Shown here piece after piece: positions 62,163 through 64,000 of a DNA stretch of 64,000 bases; positions within the stretch are counted from its first letter, which is position 1; every line of letters starts with the position of its first letter. Origin of the DNA: Octopus bimaculoides (lineage: Eukaryota); contig NC_068983.1 in assembly GCF_001194135.2 (NCBI RefSeq), positions 118,818,431 to 118,882,430 of the forward strand, given 5' to 3'. The position numbers and the translations under genes were made by a program. A model generated the notes under the pieces. That model was not told the DNA's origin. It made no database searches and was given only the letters and a program-made list of their open reading frames with translations.

Positions 62163-63660
62163 ATTTTTTTTATTACGACCATAAAGATCAATACATAGAT
62201 GGGACAGCACAGGACAATACATACAAAAAAATGTTGTGATGTGTTCGAATGATACATATTATTTAAAAATATTGATGATGAAATAAATAGTCTTTTTCTA
62301 TATGAGTAAGGGATATGCTCTGTTGCCTCAAAGACCCAGCGGCTATCTTCCTTTCATTTCCTCCTTTTTTTTTTCAAATCCGATTAAGCCGGCTCCCTTG
62401 CACCCACCTTTCTTAACACAACTTTCTATCTTTCCTCAAACACACTTCTCGACAGGGTCCTTCTCTCCAGCCCTTTCTTGCTCTTCAAATGATATCTGAA
62501 GTATTGTAGCAAAGCAGGGGCAGAAATGAAGGCCGTTGTCACGAATACTTGTATCCTAGTCTTCCACACACATTCTTTCAGCACTGAAACTGTACAGAAA
62601 AAAACATGCCTCATCTTCCTTCGAGAGTCCAGTTGGCGGTGCAATCATTATTATAGACTCAGCCGATAGATGAACTCTTCTCAGATGCGACAATACGTGT
62701 TCGACATAAATTATCAAGCCTAACAGCTCCCGACAATGTACAAAACTCTGGTCTTATCGGGAGGACCGAAAAATCGAAGCCCACATCTTGGACATGTCGT
62801 TGGCACCGACATTCCGTGCCAGGATAACTTATCTCGAACAGGTAAAGCGTTCCTATTACACTGCCAGGTCAGGGATTTTTGGTTATTATCCAAATACCCT
62901 GACCCGAAAGTTTTTTGAACAGGTTGGTAAGTTGGTTCTCATCGAACCCCAGAGCCCCTCCTAGGGCGTCATCGTTTTTATACTCTGCCAGCCCGCTATA
63001 CAAAACCGAGGTGGTATTCCCACCTAGTCCGTCTTGTGGATCAGCACGAGTGTCTGTCAACACTCCTTTGCCATTCAGTCGGATTACGTCCTTTAATGAA
63101 ACCGAGTTTAAATCGCTCCAAAGAGGCTGGTCGCGGAAAGAATGCCTCTGCCAGCGGATTCCACACCTTATCACCCTCCAGGTAGCGCCAGGGATGTTTC
63201 AGCCTCAACGCATGTCTGCGCATCATTAACCAGGGCATTACCAACCCACCCTTTAACGGTTCCTAGCAGTAGACGGAACGCCTCACAAGTGGCTTTCCTC
63301 CCTTCCACAATACGCGGAAGAGGAGTCGCTCCAACTTGTTCAGTCACGAGTCGGGGCAAGGGACAACGGTCAGGCGGTAGGGGATTACAGATGCAATTAA
63401 TACCTGTACCACCTCTGCCCTTCCTTTCAGGGACAGAGACCTTCCGGACCAGGTTCGGACTAGGGTCTCCACCCTGTCTGCCACCTAGCTCCAATTCTTC
63501 TCCGTCTGGGAGTCCGCTCCAAAACAAACTCCAAGCAACTTAACAGGACCATCTATCCAGTGACCCACGACACTAGACGATATTGACTTGCTCCGCCAGG
63601 TGCCGAGGCGCATGCCGATGGACTTGTCCTTGTTAACTTTTGCCCCTGCCACCGGCTCGT
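62163..63660 (-). mobile_element. 5'-truncated Tx1/L1-clade LINE (RT end to A-rich tail)
   Basis: GAKVNKDKSIGMRLGTWR...LLGVCFG; LSLKGRAEV; GLVMPWLMMRRHALRLKH; VLKECVWKTR; 3' end ...TTTATGGTCGTAATAAAAAAAA. Confidence 0.88.
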
Positions 63661-63696
63661 ATATATATGTATATATATACACACACGCATACAAAT

Positions 63697-63773
<77 letters not shown>

Positions 63774-63775
63774 AC
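63660..63775. repeat. (TA)n-(CA)n microsatellite
   Basis: Direct reading. Confidence 0.9.
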
Positions 63776-64000
63776 GGGCTATTACACAGTTTCTGTTTTT
63801 CAAATTTATCAAAGAGAAAAACTTTAGGACACAATAAGGAGAACGCAATCCATCTTGGAGGTTCAAAGTATCATCGAACATATCCTGGAAAATGAGTGCC
63901 AACGCCAAAGAATATCAGATTTTGGAATGAATTGTGGTGCACGAAGACATTTGATACAAGTTGTATGTGCTGAGAAAAGGCTAATTCATGTCCACAAACA

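Overview
This is an AT-rich, repeat-dense eukaryotic draft-assembly window with many N gaps and microsatellites. The SINE/LINE/microsatellite landscape resembles an octopus (coleoid cephalopod) genome; that is an inference from repeat style, not a database match. I find no supportable host protein-coding exon, so the window looks intergenic or intronic. It contains about 25 copies of three tRNA-type SINE families, often in head-to-tail arrays. It also holds decayed Tx1/L1-clade and R4/Dong-like LINE fragments, mariner relics and MITEs, a hAT-Charlie-type MITE, Penelope-like remnants, and a diverged tandem duplication at 47.3-52.7 kb. The strongest signal is a 383-bp fold-back element (40529-40911) whose long inverted arms are built from a hammerhead ribozyme: the left arm holds an apparently complete type I hammerhead on the minus strand, and the right arm holds a copy with a short deletion. 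A second near-intact minimal hammerhead lies at 18729-18783, and there are several decayed hammerhead relics, two further palindromic elements, and a mariner element made of two left ends.
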